From the NCBI GenBank assembly GCA_013265495.1, contig MU058000.1:1054001-1118000 (forward strand): a DNA stretch of 64,000 nucleotides, given 5' to 3'. Within the stretch, counting starts at the first letter, position 1; the number at the start of each line of letters is the position of its first letter. The notes under the pieces are model-generated. The model was not told the origin of the DNA. It did not search any database and saw only the letters and a list, made by a program, of their open reading frames with translations. Source of the DNA: Vicugna vicugna (lineage: Eukaryota). This document shows, in pieces, positions 50,681-64,000 of the stretch. A program made the translations under genes and the position numbers.

Positions 50681-51719
50681 AGAAGTTTGGCTTTTGTGAG
50701 TTTGAAGAATGTTCTACATGTAAAAAAAATAGAAACTATGCCACTTTCTTTGTTTTGAGGCATATTTTCTTCAATGACATGTGGATGGTGGCCCATTTTC
50801 AGGAAAACTTTTAGCAGAATAAAGCACACTTAAGCTGCATCCTACTAGGAAAGTTGCTACTCTTTGAACATATTTCCAGACTCTTGAACATTAGTTGCAT
50901 TTAGCAACGACTGAAAGCATGTTAACTCGTATCTATTTTTTTTTCCTTTTTGCCTACTTAATATTCCCATTGGCAAACAGAGAAGAGAATTTGGACTTGA
51001 AAGAAATTTAATGTGCATGCAAATCAACTCCTCTACGCCACAGAAGAAGAAACTGAGGCTTTAAGCGACTTACCCAAACGTCCACTTCCAGTTCATGCTG
51101 AGCCAAGACGGGAACCTAATTTCTAGTCTTAGTCCAGTGTCCATTCTGCAGGTCAACACTGCCTCTTTTAGTTGAGTTCCATCCTTTGCATCATTACACT
51201 ATGACACAATCTGAGGGAACTAATTAAAAGAAGTGTGAATTTTCCTACACCTTCTTCTCAAACTAGGATTCATATGTGCCCCCCCAGAAGTCCCTGGAAC
51301 CACAGTCTAAACATCTTACATTTTCCTGGAAGTGTGAGTTTTCCTCAAAAAAATTTTTGGAGTAGGAAAACCATTATTTTCATACTATAACAAACACAAA
51401 TTTGGAAGATTAGTAAGATAAATACAGATAAATTTTGGAGTTGCAGGATTTTCTATCTCTGGACATGCAGATACTCATACCCCTTTGCAGTAAGGAAATT
51501 TTGGTGGAAAGTCTGAGAAGTACTGGGCTAGGTTATACCTTTGTTATAAAGGACATCTATGATTTACCTTTTCAGGCAGAAAGCATAAATTGAAGCTAAA
51601 AATAATCTACCTTGGCTAGTTTAATCTCTTCTGTGTTCTGACTTTTCCCTAACCATGCTACAGAAATGGCTCTGTATGTGGATGCTGAAGAGAGGCTTAT
51701 TGCTAAATCCAATGGATAC

Positions 51720-51815
51720 TTTATCTTTTCTTTTTTCTTTTTCCTTCCTTTCATATTTCCATCCTTTCTCCCTCCCTCCCTCCTTCCTTTCCTTTTTTTC
51801 TTTCCTTCCTTCTTA
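51720..51815. repeat. Polypyrimidine (CCTT/CCCT/CTTT)n tract
   Basis: Seen directly. Confidence 0.85.
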
Positions 51816-51849
51816 TCAATAGAGGGCCTTTATTTTTATTGCATTTTTT

Positions 51850-52225
51850 AAAAATTTAAATAAATTTTCATAACAGCTTTATTGAGATATAAATCACAGA
51901 CCACAAATTCATCCATTTAAAGTGTACAGTTCCATGATAATTTATTTCTTTTTAAAATTTATTTTTATTAAAATATAATTAACATATAACATTGTGTAAG
52001 TTTAAGGCATACAACATGATCTGATACATTTATACATTGAAATATGTTTACCACTGTTGCTTAAGCTGACACCTGTATCATGTTCCATAATCATCATTTC
52101 TTTTTTGTGGTGAGAACATGTAAGATTAGTCTCTTAGCAACTCTGAAGTATATAATACAGTGTTTTTGACAATAATCACTATGCTGTGGATTACAATATC
52201 ACAAATGGGGTTTTAGGAATATTGT
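51850..52225 (-). mobile_element. L1MA9-like 3' end (~51950-52195) within an older L1M 3' end
   Basis: aacagctttattgagatataa...catttaaagtgtacagtt, then taagtttaaggcatacaacatgat...ttttttgtggtgagaaca...tcttagcaa. Confidence 0.8.
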
Positions 52226-52849
52226 TTCTATAGCTGGGTAACTCTTAAATCTTCATCAACCCGCTGAACTGTTCCTTTTTCAGAGACAGATACCCTCCTG
52301 AAAGTTTCTGATAATCTTAGTTTAACTGTTGTGGTTTGCTGAATCAAAGCAGATGAATTTGATACATTTCCATGTCATTTCCTTCAGGACAAGTATCTGG
52401 GCCTGAGATACTGAACAATCAACTGGCCTCATCTAAACCCTGAGGATGTTTTTTTCCCCCAAGAAATTTTGGTTTTCAACAAAAGATCTGTTGTCCTGAA
52501 TAATGACATTGATGGGGAAGTGAACATACACAGACCTTGTGTTTTATTGGGAAGTCCAGGGCAACGTCCTTGAATCGTGTTCTGTACGTGATACACATTC
52601 TGCCTACTGTTGCTGGTTCCTTTCTATTTCCCCACTGTTTGCCAACCTGAAGCCTCTTTCTATCCAAGGAGACTGAGTTCTATATTAATGTCATGAATTC
52701 CTCCACAGGGTTCTTCTTGGGAACAACTGTGCATCCTTTCAGAGTGATACTGACATTTTCTCGAATGTTGACAGTCTGATTGCTGAGAATGGTCTGCATC
52801 CTCAGTAGACGTGGCAAAGAGAGAATGTCTGAGTCCTTACTTTCTTGAC

Positions 52850-54440
52850 CTCCCCATAGCATTTGACACTGCTGACTGCCCTTCCTTCCCAAAGATATCT
52901 TTTCTTCTTTTGGCTCTGTAGGCTTCACTGTCTTGCTTTGTCTCCAAGCTGCTCTGGACAAAGACTCTTCCTGCACTTTTTTAAAGGTGATTTTTCTTTT
53001 CTCTTGAGCTCCAGACTCACATACACACTGACTTCTGCACAATTCCTCTTAGAAAGGCATTTCAAACTGAACAAATTGACCCCATTCTTCTGTTCCCCAC
53101 TTCCAGTGCCATGCACCGTGGTTCTCTGGACTATCTTTATCACCCTGCCCTAGTTTACTATTTCTCCACTTGTTCCTATTTTGTGGCATAAAAAACCACT
53201 GACCAGCCAGCTATCTGAGCATCTTTCCCCATTTTTCTTTTTCCTTCATCTTTCTCATTCATTCCATCACCATGAACTACCTCTTAAATATTTTCCAAAT
53301 CCATTCACCAAAACCACAATGACTACCACCCAAGTCCAGGTCACTGTTATCTCTCACCTTGTCTTCTCCAACAACCTCTTCATTTAGTTCACAGTCTCAG
53401 GTCTTGCTCCTCTCATAAATACAGATCAGGATGAAGAAAACTTTCTAGGAACTGTTAGAAATGTAATAAAACTGTCAACATTGCGAAGTCACAGTATATT
53501 CTTTTGTGACAGTTTGTAAGAAAGGAGCTTAAGCAAAATCCTGGTAGACCACACAAAGGAAAAAAAATGCAAGCATTTGGTATGTGAACTGATAATAACA
53601 CTTAAATTATACCACCCTGTGGAGAAAAAGATAATGGTCAAATCCAAGTAATTTATGTCTCAAACAAAATGTTAAGCACACCATATCTATTTCCAATTTT
53701 ACTCTACCTTCTGAAGCCAAACAGAATTTTCCTAACATGCAAACCGTGTCCCATCCCCTGTTCCATAACCTTCAGTGGCTCCCTGTTGTCCTCAGGGTAC
53801 ATTCTAAAGACCTAATTTGGCTTATAACCGTGATCTGGTCTTCAGTTATTTCTCTGTTTTCATGATCCCTTCACACTCGAGCCAAGCCTAACTCCTTTCA
53901 GTTTCCCAAATTCATCATGCTCCTTGCCTCCCTCTGCATTTCCTTCTCCAAATTAGATTGGCTCAAGCAGTGTCCTGCTGGTAAATGTTTAACAATTGCC
54001 CTTCCGGGGTGAAGAAGAGGGAGAGCCCTGATTTGCAGCCTTTGACCATTTCCATGGTGTAAGTGCTCTCACCGTGGCTGATTTCTTTGAACATGAAATT
54101 AGAAAGAGATATACATAATTAGCAAGCAGGTACGTGCCTGTTCCAGCACACCCCTAGGCTAAATCTTACAAATTCTTTGGATTCTGGCTTAGCTGTCCCT
54201 TTTGCTGAGAATGCTTTCTTGATCATGCCATGTGCTTCCATTGTAGCCTGTTCTTCACCTGTTCTCACACTGATCACATAATGTTGTAATTTCCTGCACA
54301 CACCTCTGACTCTGCTAGATTATAAGCTCCTTAGAGTCAGAGACTGTGTCTTATTCACCACCGTCTCTCCAGGATCTTCCAGAGTGCTTGACAAATGGTA
54401 GTTCTTCAATAAATGTTTGTTAAGTAAATGAGTGAATGTC
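52850..54440 (+). mobile_element. Fragmented L2
   Basis: agcatttgacactgctgac...ggcatttcaaactgaaca...aaccttcagtggctccc...ctagattataagctccttagagtcagagactgtgtcttattcacc...caataaatgtttgttaagtaaatgagtgaatg. Confidence 0.8.
53968..54156. mobile_element. MER63A hAT-Blackjack MITE nested in L2
   Basis: cagtgtcctgctggtaaatgtttaacaa...gccctgatttgcagc...tttccatggtgtaa...tccagcacaccccta. Decayed 8-bp flanks ggctcaag/ggctaaat. Confidence 0.85.
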
Positions 54441-54904
54441 TAAAAACCAATAATAATAATAACTAATATCAAGTACTTATTTGATTTTACCCTTTTACAG
54501 CCGAGAAAGATCGAAGCTTAGAGCAGCTTAAGCGCAAATTAACATGGTCAAAAAGTAGTGGAGCCATGTGTAAATTAACACAGCGTGACTCTACCTGGAC
54601 CACTTATTTACTGTGTTATTCTGATTTATTTTCATTCCAAGTCAAATAAAACTAGAATTTTCTTGAATTGGCTTCTGTGAAGAACAGTCAATATCTAAGT
54701 CGCTTTTATTCAAGGGTTCTGCAGAGGTCCGACTCTCTCGAGCACTGTCACTGACATTGTAAATTAGTGCAAACTTAATAGCAAGCAATTCCTATATGGC
54801 TTCTTGAAATATTCATTCGCTTTTAATCAGTTCCATTTCTCAGAAAATAATCAGAAACATGGACAACACTTTGTGGCCAAAGTATCACTCCTAGTGGTTT
54901 TAAA

Positions 54905-56855
54905 ACTAAGCTTTTTACTTTAAAATAGTTTTAGATTTACAGGAAAATTGCAAAAAAATAGTACATAGAATTTCCATATGTACTATGCCCAGTTTCCCCT
55001 CTCACGAACACCTAACAATAGTATGGTACATTGGTCACAATGAATGAAACGATATTGAAACATTACTATTTATTAAAGTGCATACTTTATTTCCCCATCT
55101 TTTATCTTATGACCTTTTTCTGTTCCAGGATCCCATTCGGGATATCACGTTACATTTAGTTGTCATGTCTTTTTAGGTTCTTCCAATCTGTGAATTTCTC
55201 AGACTTACTTTGTTTTGGATGATCTTGACAGTTTTGAGAAGTACTTGGTTACCTTTAAGTGGAGTTCTGCTCTATTAGAATTTCTCAGATATTCTTCTCA
55301 GGCTTAGGCTGGGAGATTTTGGGGAGGAGAACCACAGACGTAAAGTCCATTCTTGTCATGTCATATTTGGGGCACATACCATCCACGTGACTCACCACTG
55401 TGGATGCTGATCTTGCTTACCTGGCTGAGGTAGTGTTTGTGTTTATCAGGTTTCTCCACTGTAAAATCACTCTTTTTTCCACCCTTCCCATACTGCACTC
55501 TTAGGAAGAAAGTCACTATGAGGAGTAGAGAATTATGTACCTACCTTAAGGCCAGAGTATTTACATAAATTATTTGGAATTCTTCTCCATGAGAGATGTG
55601 CCTATCTTCCTCCATTAATATGTTTACTTCATCATTTATTTATGGAAGTATAGATTCATACTTATTTTATACTGCTTGGTTATAATCCAATAGTACTTTA
55701 TTTCGTTGCTCAAATTTTTCCAGCTTTGGGAGATTTTTGAGTTGATTTCTGTGTCCTTTGACATAACACTATCATTGTGAGGGTGGTTTGGTTTTGTTTT
55801 GAACACTTCTTTACTTTCTGGCACTACTGGATGCTCAAGACTCACCTTATATATTTTCTGTTTCAATGAAGGAGCCTTTGTTCCTTTTATTGAAGAACAG
55901 AAGATAAGATCTGGGTTTGTTTCTACTGTGGTGGTACTTCTAGGCCCTCTCAACCGACAGAACAAGGAAATGTATGTAGAACAATCCATGCAAATGCACA
56001 TATCTAAAATATTTCTAAATGTAAGCAGCTATATTTCTATTAAGTTAGACATGAGTTTGTGTTGATGTCTCCAACTCTAATCCATTCAGTGGATCATTTA
56101 AACCTCCACCACTTGTTTGTCTGTAACCTCCCACTAGAACAGGGAGAAATCCAGTTCTCATCCCCCACCATCCATTTACTTAATTCTTCAATTCCAATTA
56201 TTCATGTGTTTCAGAAATGTCAATCTACAGTTCCATGGAAACAGTTTTATCAAGAGTACAGTGCTTATGTGTACTTCCTTTTGCCTTCATTTCCAAAGCT
56301 GTTTTGAGCAGGACGGTCTCCCTTCCCTTTCGATGAAGTTGCTTCATACGTTTATAATACAGTTAGATTGTTTTGCCAGAGTCTGCATTTCCGTCATGGG
56401 ATCCCTGACCTGTTAGATAATTATTTTTAAAAATTTTTATTCCATACCAGAAAATTTAAGATTGTGCTGTAAAGTTGGATGGGTTTGGACACAAGCTTAC
56501 TGTCATATGTTTACAATTACAGTGTCATACAGAACAGTTTTATTCCTCTAAAAATTTCCCTCTATTTCACCTATTGACTCCTTTCCTCAATTCCAAGGCA
56601 ACTGACAACTACTAATCTGTTGACCATCTCTACAGTTGTCCCCTTTACAGAGTGTCACGATTGAAATCGTACAGGGTGTCATCTTTTTAGACTGGCTTCT
56701 TCCGCTTAGCAATATGCATTTAAGATATACCATGTCTTTGCCATAGCTTGATAGCTCACTACTTTTATTGTTGAGTAGTATTGTTTTGTATGGATGTATC
56801 ACAGTTTATCCATTCACTATTGAAGGACATCTTGCTTCCAGGTTTTGGTGACTCA
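54905..56855 (-). mobile_element. Old L1 (L1MC3/L1MD-like) long 3'UTR plus ORF2 end
   Basis: ttttagatttacaggaaaattgcaaa...ttccaggatcccattcgggatatcacgttacatttagttgtcatg...gactggcttcttccgcttagcaatatgcatttaagat...tgaaggacatcttg. Confidence 0.88.
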
Positions 56856-56879
56856 GAATTCCGGGTGATTTTTTAAAAA

Positions 56880-57200
56880 CAATTAAACCCATTGGAAATA
56901 GCAAAATATTCAACACTGAGCAAATCTTTGGGTACATAATAGTAGATCAATATAGTGATATATTTAGGAAGGTTTTAATGGTACTGAAAAAGTGAGAAAA
57001 AGTAGAACACAAAGTTTATATATTCAGTATATTCTCAATGATATAAAACACGTATATGTCTCTGTATCTGGAAGGAAGTATAGCACAATGGTCACAGAAG
57101 TTATATTTGGGGATTGGTATAATCAGTGATAGTCACTCTTTAAATAGTTTTCATATTTTTCACATGGTGATTACTTTTATAATTAGGAAAAAACAAACCC
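56880..57200 (+). mobile_element. L1ME-like 3' end fragment
   Basis: tctggaaggaagtatagcacaatggtcacag...ttacttttataattaggaaaaaa. Confidence 0.6.
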
Positions 57201-58990
57201 AAATCATTTTCAAATCACAAATCACACTTTAGGTTCTGTAGGGAACTGAAGTTGCATGTATTCAGAAGGACTTCAGGAATTTTCCTTTTCTTCCCTCCAC
57301 TTCTTGAAGATTGCCTTTTTGGAAAAGTTCTTCTAGCCTCTAGATTTTTTTTTTTCATTTTCAGACTCTTCAAAACTGCTAAGGGCTTTTATGCGACTTG
57401 GTTTCCCCTCACTCCTTCCTCTCCATCTCTCATTAAAACCATGACAGCTGTCACCAGCCAGACCCTCTCAGTTTCCCATTAGCAGGAGTACATTTGGGCC
57501 ATCTGGCAATCAGGACCTCTATTTTCTAGAATACCTTGCATCCTATACTTGTAAGCAAGATTACTTATATTTTCTTGGCTTATGGGTGTCATAAGGCTTC
57601 AATCTATTACATTTTAAAGTATTTATTATTATTATCATAGTGAGGGCTGGAGAATACTGACCATTAACACTTATGAAAAGAAAAAGGGAGAGAAAAAACC
57701 CAAATTGACGTGAATGCATGGAAACTTAGCATTACTGCTTTCTGAAAGTGTAGCTGCTTCCATCACCTCCACCAGCTATATTTTTCCAAAAAGGCAAAAC
57801 TAATGAGGAAAGCTCACTGTGGTTCTGTAGATGGATAATTAGAATAATAACAGAAAGTACAGGCCCTCAATTCTTTCACTTTTAAAGGAGCTCTTAAATT
57901 TCTGTTTAAAATAGGTTGGTATAGCATATTTTTCCAGGACCACTGGCAAAACTATTTAGACAAACCTATTTCTCATGGAATGTTATAAATTCATTACATT
58001 TTCACCAAATACTGAAACTTTAATTTTAAGATTTCTTCCCTCTCAGTGCTGGGAACACTGGAAAAAAAATGTTTGTATTAATTTTAACTCACACCCCTGA
58101 CCGCATTGGAAGTTCTGCAGTTGATGAAAATGGATACATCCAGCTGACTGTCAACACCTGAGTTCTGCTCTCGGCAGATTTATTTTGAAAGGAACACCTT
58201 TGAAATGGGGAAAGAATCGTATGTCAATAGTGTATAAAATGGTTCTTGCCAATGTCTGACTCAGCAACGGTTTCTCACAAAGGCTAATTCTTCTGGAACA
58301 AGAGATGGTTCCAAGCCAGTGGAGGTTGGTTAAGGTTTTCTGAGCTTCTGCTTTGTTACAGGCTGTATGTTAATTGCTGGATTTCAGAAGGTGAATAATC
58401 CTTATGCTGTCCATTCAAGGAATTCGTAGTCTAGCAAGAGAAGTAGGAACACAATTCTCTATAAAACTGTGTGATAAGTTATAATCTAGGATAGGAAATA
58501 TGTCACTGTGAAGTACTGTTTCTGAGGACAGGAAGACACTAAGAAGGATCTGATGGAGTCCTTCCCAAATGCTTGTCCATAGTAATTCTTTCATTTTGCA
58601 TCATTTCTGGTTGGTAGAGATAACCTTGGAATGACATGGATGATTTGAGGGCTGTTAAACAGTTGGGTAATTTTATAGCTAAATACTGGGAACTCCATGA
58701 TACTGCTTTTGAAGAAGCACATCTCATCTTCATACTCTGAAGCACAGATCTAAATTTGTTAGAGGGAATGCTAGAGGGTAGTTAGGAACTACCTAAGTGA
58801 GGAACCTGGGTCATGCTTGATAGGGAAGCTCCCCCACCCCAGGCATGAACCTTACCTTGTGTCTTTGGCTTATGCTTAGGAGTTAAAAGCAAATTTTAAT
58901 GGAAAAACACTGACTATACATTACCATACATGTTTTGAAACCTGAGATTATAACTGGAGTGAAAGCTGGTGCATAGTAGTCTTCAGATAC

Positions 58991-59553
58991 TCTTGGGGAG
59001 GGACAAATTTTGGTTTACCCTTCTAGGTTTTCTGGCTAGTCTGAGAATTAAATTGACATGAAACAGATTAACAGGAGAAAATCAAACAGAAGTTTTACTA
59101 ACATAGATACATGGAAGAGACCTGGAACAACTGAGTAACTCACCAAAATGGCCACAGCCTTCACCTTAAATACCATCTACAACTAAAGACAAAAAAGCAT
59201 GTTGGATGTGGAGGTTTGGGACTTCAAAGGGGAGGAAGGCAATTGACACAGAATAGAATAGCAAATGTTTGGTAAATAAATGTTTGCTGGATCACGCAGA
59301 GACAGTGAGACACAGAGAGGAATTTTAATAATGTTTGCTAGGTCCCTCCCTGTCTACACACCTAGTTCATACTATAGTTACCTGTGGTGATAGCTCCCTT
59401 CTGGGAAAAGGTCCTCTGTCTTCATTCTTTAGGCAGTAAAGGGGGAGATAAAAAGGAAGATTTCCTGAATCTTTTGGGCTTTGATTGTTTTCCACTCAAT
59501 ATAATCCACATGCCAAAGAGACAGTTTGGGGTAGCAAATTTTGCTCCCCTCCA
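58991..59553 (-). mobile_element. MER34-like ERV1 solo LTR
   Basis: Minus strand starts TGGAGGGGAGCAAAATTTGCTACCCCAAA...CTTTGGCATGTGGATTAT and ends TGTCAATTTAATTCTCAGACTAGCCAGAAAACCTAGAAGGGTA...CCTCCCCAAGA. TSD not clean. Confidence 0.82.
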
Positions 59554-60800
59554 GTATCTTCTCTTGGCTATGGAAGGCCAGGACTCCAGTCAGTAGGTGG
59601 AAATAATTCATCAATGTTAATAAGTCAGTAAGATGCTTATGTAAGAAGGATGATTAATAGGCAGACATACACTTCTGCATATATTATGGGGATATCCAGT
59701 TACCTTCCTATGATTTTTGTATGACTCTTTCCTACTGATATGCATTAACAAACATATACATTGCTGTAAACAAGAAATCCTATCATTTCAGTGATGCCTT
59801 GACAGGCAGCCCTTAACTTATAAAGGCTCTTCTTTCTAGGAGTTAAAGTGAAGTCCACTGTCTGAGACTTTCCTCACAGTAACAGTACTAGAGATATAAA
59901 AGCACAAAGTGAAGGCCCTTACTTATTGGATGAATTTGATTTATGTTTCAGTGTGTGCCTCCCTTAAGTTTTTATTATGCAAATTTTAAACATAATACAA
60001 AAGTATAAAGAAAACTATTAAAAAACACTGTTCAGTTTGAATAAATCATAACATTTTGCCATAATTGCTTCAGATTTTAAAAAACGTATTAAACATCATT
60101 TATTATGAAGAAATAGTTTTCTTGGCGAGTAACAGTCTCCATTATTGCTTATGTCACATTCAAAAGCAATTCTTTTTTGCTAAAGTCTTCCAAACATTGA
60201 ATTTGGTTTCAGTGAGCTCTCAGATTTGGCCCTGACTCACCTCTGTAGCTTCATCATTTGCCCTTCTGCTCCTTATCAATGCCAAATATACCACACTCCA
60301 ACAAATAATGGATTTCTTTCTGGAAGATGCCATAATCTTTCTCACTCCTCACTTTGGCAGTGCAGTTCTTTCTGCCCGGAAGACGTTCCCCTCTGCCTCC
60401 TCTCCTGAATGATTCCCGCCTAAATCTTAATCTACATGGCCTCTGGAATGTTTCATCTGACATGTAAGTCAGGTGCCTTCCTAAGGATTCTTCATCCAAT
60501 GGAGTGTTTTTCTCTTTTTAATGTCAAACGTAGGCTGAAATAGTAAAGATAATAAACCTGAGAGATAACAGTAAAGAAACGAAAATATGTATCTTGGGAC
60601 CTATAAACATTTTTGAAAGTTTGTTAAAAATTTTTAAATAAGTATATTGTTGAAGACTATGGACCCATTAAAAGTTATATATATATATTATCAAATTATT
60701 TTATAATATTCATGTAGTCCTCATTGTATACTGTCTTGCAATAGTCTTTCACACACCTATCATGTAACATATATATGGGGTGTTATGGGGGTATCCAATT

Positions 60801-60804
<4 letters not shown>

Positions 60805-60845
<41 letters not shown>
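60805..60845. repeat. Pure (AC)20 microsatellite
   Basis: Seen directly. Confidence 0.97.
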
Positions 60846-60849
<4 letters not shown>

Positions 60850-61214
60850 AACTGAAGACTTAGAAACATATTGACTGTGTCTCACCTCTTTCCTGTTGGA
60901 ACCATGATGTCAGGTTTCCTACCTGTCAGATACCATTTATCACCTAATTTTATAGAGAGTTGTTTGAGCATGCATTATATATTCAAACGGAGTCTACATT
61001 TACTAATGTACTGCACAATACGTAGCACAACATCAGCACATAGTAATTATTCAATTTATTATTGGTTTACAATTAAATTTTTTAAATGAAAGGGTTTTTT
61101 TTTTTAAAAAAAAAGCACTTGAAAACAACGGTTATAAACTTTGAAAAACTTTAAAAAGATTTTCCATAACCAACCACAGGAACAAGGCTCTCCTTATACT
61201 TCAGAACTTGTTCA

Positions 61215-61480
61215 TTTTCTCTCCAAATATTTATTGAGATTTCTGTGGTTTTGGTTTTGAATTTACAATGGTGAACAAAACAAATGTGGAATTTTTAATC
61301 TAGCACAGACTCAGAGATTAAGAAAATAAATCAATTATTTAGGTGAAAAACAAGAACAAATAAATAATAAATAAAAGGGGATGTTTCTTTAAATTGGATG
61401 GTTAGGAAAGGCTTATCTTAGGAAGATGTATTTGACTTGGGACTTGAAGTTTGAATAAAAGAGAGGTGTGTTCAGAAAAG
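61215..61480 (-). mobile_element. L2 3' fragment
   Basis: caaatatttattgag...tacaatggtgaacaaaaca...ggatggttaggaaaggctt...atttgacttgggacttgaag. Confidence 0.7.
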
Positions 61481-61952
61481 GGGGAAACGGAGGCCAGATT
61501 GAAATTAAACAGTATGCAGACCACACAGAGATTTTCAGACAAGGTTAAAGAAAGTGAGAAAAAAGGAACAACTAATTCTGAGATTCTATGATTTAATGCT
61601 ATTTTTCCTCACGTATGTGTGTATGTATGTGTGCATTTCCCTATTACTCAAGATATGAATTTTAGCTTGAAAAACAACTCCAGATGTATGTTTATGTTTA
61701 AAAAAATGTGATGTATATGATTAGTCTCTTTGTTTCCAAGATGTACTGTGATATGAGATAATGAGGCATTGGAATGTTGAAGGAAAATCTGGTCTATACC
61801 CATTTGGAAGGTCACATCAAAGCTACCAAAGATGCTCCTAATTTTTCCCTTTGTTATGATTTATGTGGATTTTGCCACGTTCCTCAAATTGATGAAGACT
61901 TTGAGCTCTCTTGGTAGTTCATGAACATTTAATAGTGACATTTGATAGAATG

Positions 61953-62296
61953 TGTTGATTCTGGTTAATTAACCAAGTGGCTAGGAAGCCACTAGACTGA
62001 AGAGATTCTAATGCCTAGGCAATTATGAGTAAGCAAACCAAAATCTAAGCTTGCAAATGCCTCAAGGTTACACGTTGAAACCTAAGGACAACCAATCACA
62101 AATAGCCAGCTAAGGTTTAAGCGATAGCCCACCAATAATTCCCTTACTTTTCTTCTCCTTTTTTCCTGTAAAAGTCTTTCCCCAGCTTCCAGTGGAGGAG
62201 CACTTCCACTCTTCCAGTTTGGTGCTGCTCTATTGGAATTATGTTTCCTTAAATAAACTCTTAAAATTTCAACATTCTTTAATTTATTTTTTAACA
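61953..62296 (+). mobile_element. MER57F/MER93-like ERV1 solo LTR
   Basis: tgtt...aaca termini. ggaagccactagactgaag...ctaatgcc...gtaagcaaaccaaaatctaa, CCAAT boxes, tgtaaaag TATA-like element and aataaa. TSD not evident. Confidence 0.72.
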
Positions 62297-62398
62297 TATT
62301 TAACACAATCAAATTACAATACTTATACTGAGCTTTGCGAAGGGCTTTTAAGGTCTTGTATACGAAGCACCAGATCCCATTCAAGATTCCCCTTTAGG

Positions 62399-63045
62399 AT
62401 ATGACCCAGGAATCCCACTCCTGGGCTTGTATCCAGAAGGAAATCTACTTCAGGATGATACCTGCACCCCAATGTTCATAGCAGCACTATTTACAATAGC
62501 CAAAACATGGAAACAGCCTAAATGTCCATCAACAGGTGACTGGATAAAGAAGATGTGGTATATTTATACAATGGAATACTACTCAGCCATAAAAACCGAC
62601 AACATAATGCCATTTGCAGCAACATGGATGCTCCTAGAGAATGTCATTCTAAGTGAAGTAAGCCAGAAAGAGAAAGAAAAATACCATATGAGATCGCTCA
62701 TATGTGGAATCTAAAAAACAAAAACAAAAACAAACAAACAAACAAAAACAAAGCATAAATACAGGACAGAAATAGACTCATGGACAGAGAATACAGACTT
62801 GTGGTTACCAGGGGGGTGGAGGGTGGGAAGGGATAGACTGGGATTTCAAAATTGTAGAATAGATAGACAAGATTACACTGTATAGCACAGGGAAATATAC
62901 ACAAAATGTTATGATAAATCACAGAGAAAAAATGTGACAATGAGTGTGTATATGTCCATGAATGACTGAAAAAATTGTGCTGAACACTGGAATTTGACAC
63001 AACAGTGTAAAATGATTATAAATCAATAAAAATGTTAAAAAAAAA
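62399..63045 (+). mobile_element. Young LINE-1, 5'-truncated (0.65 kb), same subfamily as 19526-20787
   Basis: Near-identical to 20157-20787. AATAAA plus A-tail. 16-bp TSD aagattcccctttagg (62383-62398) / aagaatcccctttagg (63046-63061). Confidence 0.97.
62400..62714 (+). pseudogene. ORF2: L1 ORF2p extreme C-terminal fragment
   Basis: [14 protein letters not shown]...[23 protein letters not shown]...MEYYSAIK...SLICGI*. Confidence 0.93.
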
Positions 63046-63932
63046 AAGAATCCCCTTTAGGTATCTAAGTTTCTACTTTTGTGCCTCTGCTATTCAAAGC
63101 TTATTACTTCCCAAGTTTGTTTGTTTTATCGACTCTAGTTTGAAAGGCTTTTCTTACGTTAGAGTAAAATCTGGTTTCTTATAAATGCCACTCATTTTGC
63201 TCTTGGAGCAACACAGAACAAATCTACTTCTTCTCTTAACAGAATGTCAAACATAAGTGCAAACAAATAGCTACACGATTCTAGCTAAACATGATTTTAT
63301 CCCCTTTGTCTCTTATTCATGCTCTGGTCTACCTGTCACTGAGTCGATCATCTTAGATCCTGGGTACTCTACACTTGACCTCATGGAACTACCCTATGCT
63401 GTCACTCTGTCTCCTCCAATTATCGTTCACAGCTCCCAAGTACTTGTTAATTTCCTTTTCAAGGAAAATTTAAATATTTTTGACCCTAAGAGCTTTGACT
63501 GCTTTACAGATTTTGTGAGCTTTACCAGAAATAAATTCTTCCTTAATTTTTTTCTTTTCTTTAATGTTATGGTCTTCTAACGTGATCATAGATTCTACTA
63601 ACTTGAGATTCTTGGCAGAGATATTTTGTCAACAGATTTGTCTAAAGAAGTAAAGGCAGTATTTCCCAGAAAAATATATTTCATCTGTCTTCCAGTGATT
63701 GAAATCTTGCTAGACAGGGATGGTTTTCTGTAGAATGGTTTTAATAGGCCTGTTGTCAGTAAGCATAAAGATTTCATGCAGCCAACATCTTGTGATTGGA
63801 TTAAGTCCTTGGCTTGTAACTGAGTTTAGCAGGCACCCTGAGAGACCTTGGAGTTACCCACACAGGTACCACAGTGGGCTGTGTGTATAAGGTGTAATGC
63901 CCAGCTCAACCAGGGGTGCTCTGCTCTTACCT

Positions 63933-63933
<1 letters not shown>

Positions 63934-63977
<44 letters not shown>
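63934..63977. repeat. Pure (GT)22 microsatellite
   Basis: Seen directly. Confidence 0.97.
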
Positions 63978-63980
<3 letters not shown>

Positions 63981-64000
63981 AAATTGGGCTGTGTCGTAAG

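Noticed and set aside
2601..63580. The remaining 60-126 aa ORFs of the six-frame track
   Set aside because: None resembles a protein family I recognise. Many start at TTG/GTG, lie in repeats or are low-complexity, and their number and length look like chance.
63060..63880. Possible ancient CR1/L3 LINE remnant
   Set aside because: Only vague resemblance; cannot be supported without an HMM search.
1..64000. Using L1/LTR strand bias to infer a host-gene orientation
   Set aside because: Young L1s are all on plus, but older L1s and LTRs occur on both strands; too few elements to conclude anything.

Overview
AT-rich mammalian nuclear DNA, intergenic or deep intronic. I recognise no host protein-coding exon. 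The only recognisable protein sequence is LINE-1 ORF2 C-terminus (19528-20472, 62400-62714). A tRNA-Ala-derived SINE of the Vic-1 type (33676-33801), together with no visible Alu, B1, Bov-tA, PRE1 or SINEC, points to a camelid genome (camel/alpaca; from recalled consensus sequences, not a search). Much of the window is layered transposon debris. Old layers are MIR, L2, hAT DNA transposons (MER5A, MER58A, MER63A; two with perfect 8-bp TSDs), MaLR/ERVL LTRs (MLT1A/B/G/K, MER68) and old L1M pieces. Younger layers are an ERV1-class solo LTR with a perfect 4-bp TSD (14063-14709) and two near-identical 5'-truncated L1 copies with 16-18 bp TSDs. I found no convincing new biological system. The best leads are modest: several plus-strand exon-like segments that could belong to an LTR-primed spliced non-coding transcript, an 86-bp fold-back insert with a 9-bp duplication, a 6-aa in-frame gap in the young L1 ORF2, and several template-switch-like micro-rearrangements. 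Boundaries of old repeats are approximate (tens of bp) and subfamily names come from memory of consensus sequences.
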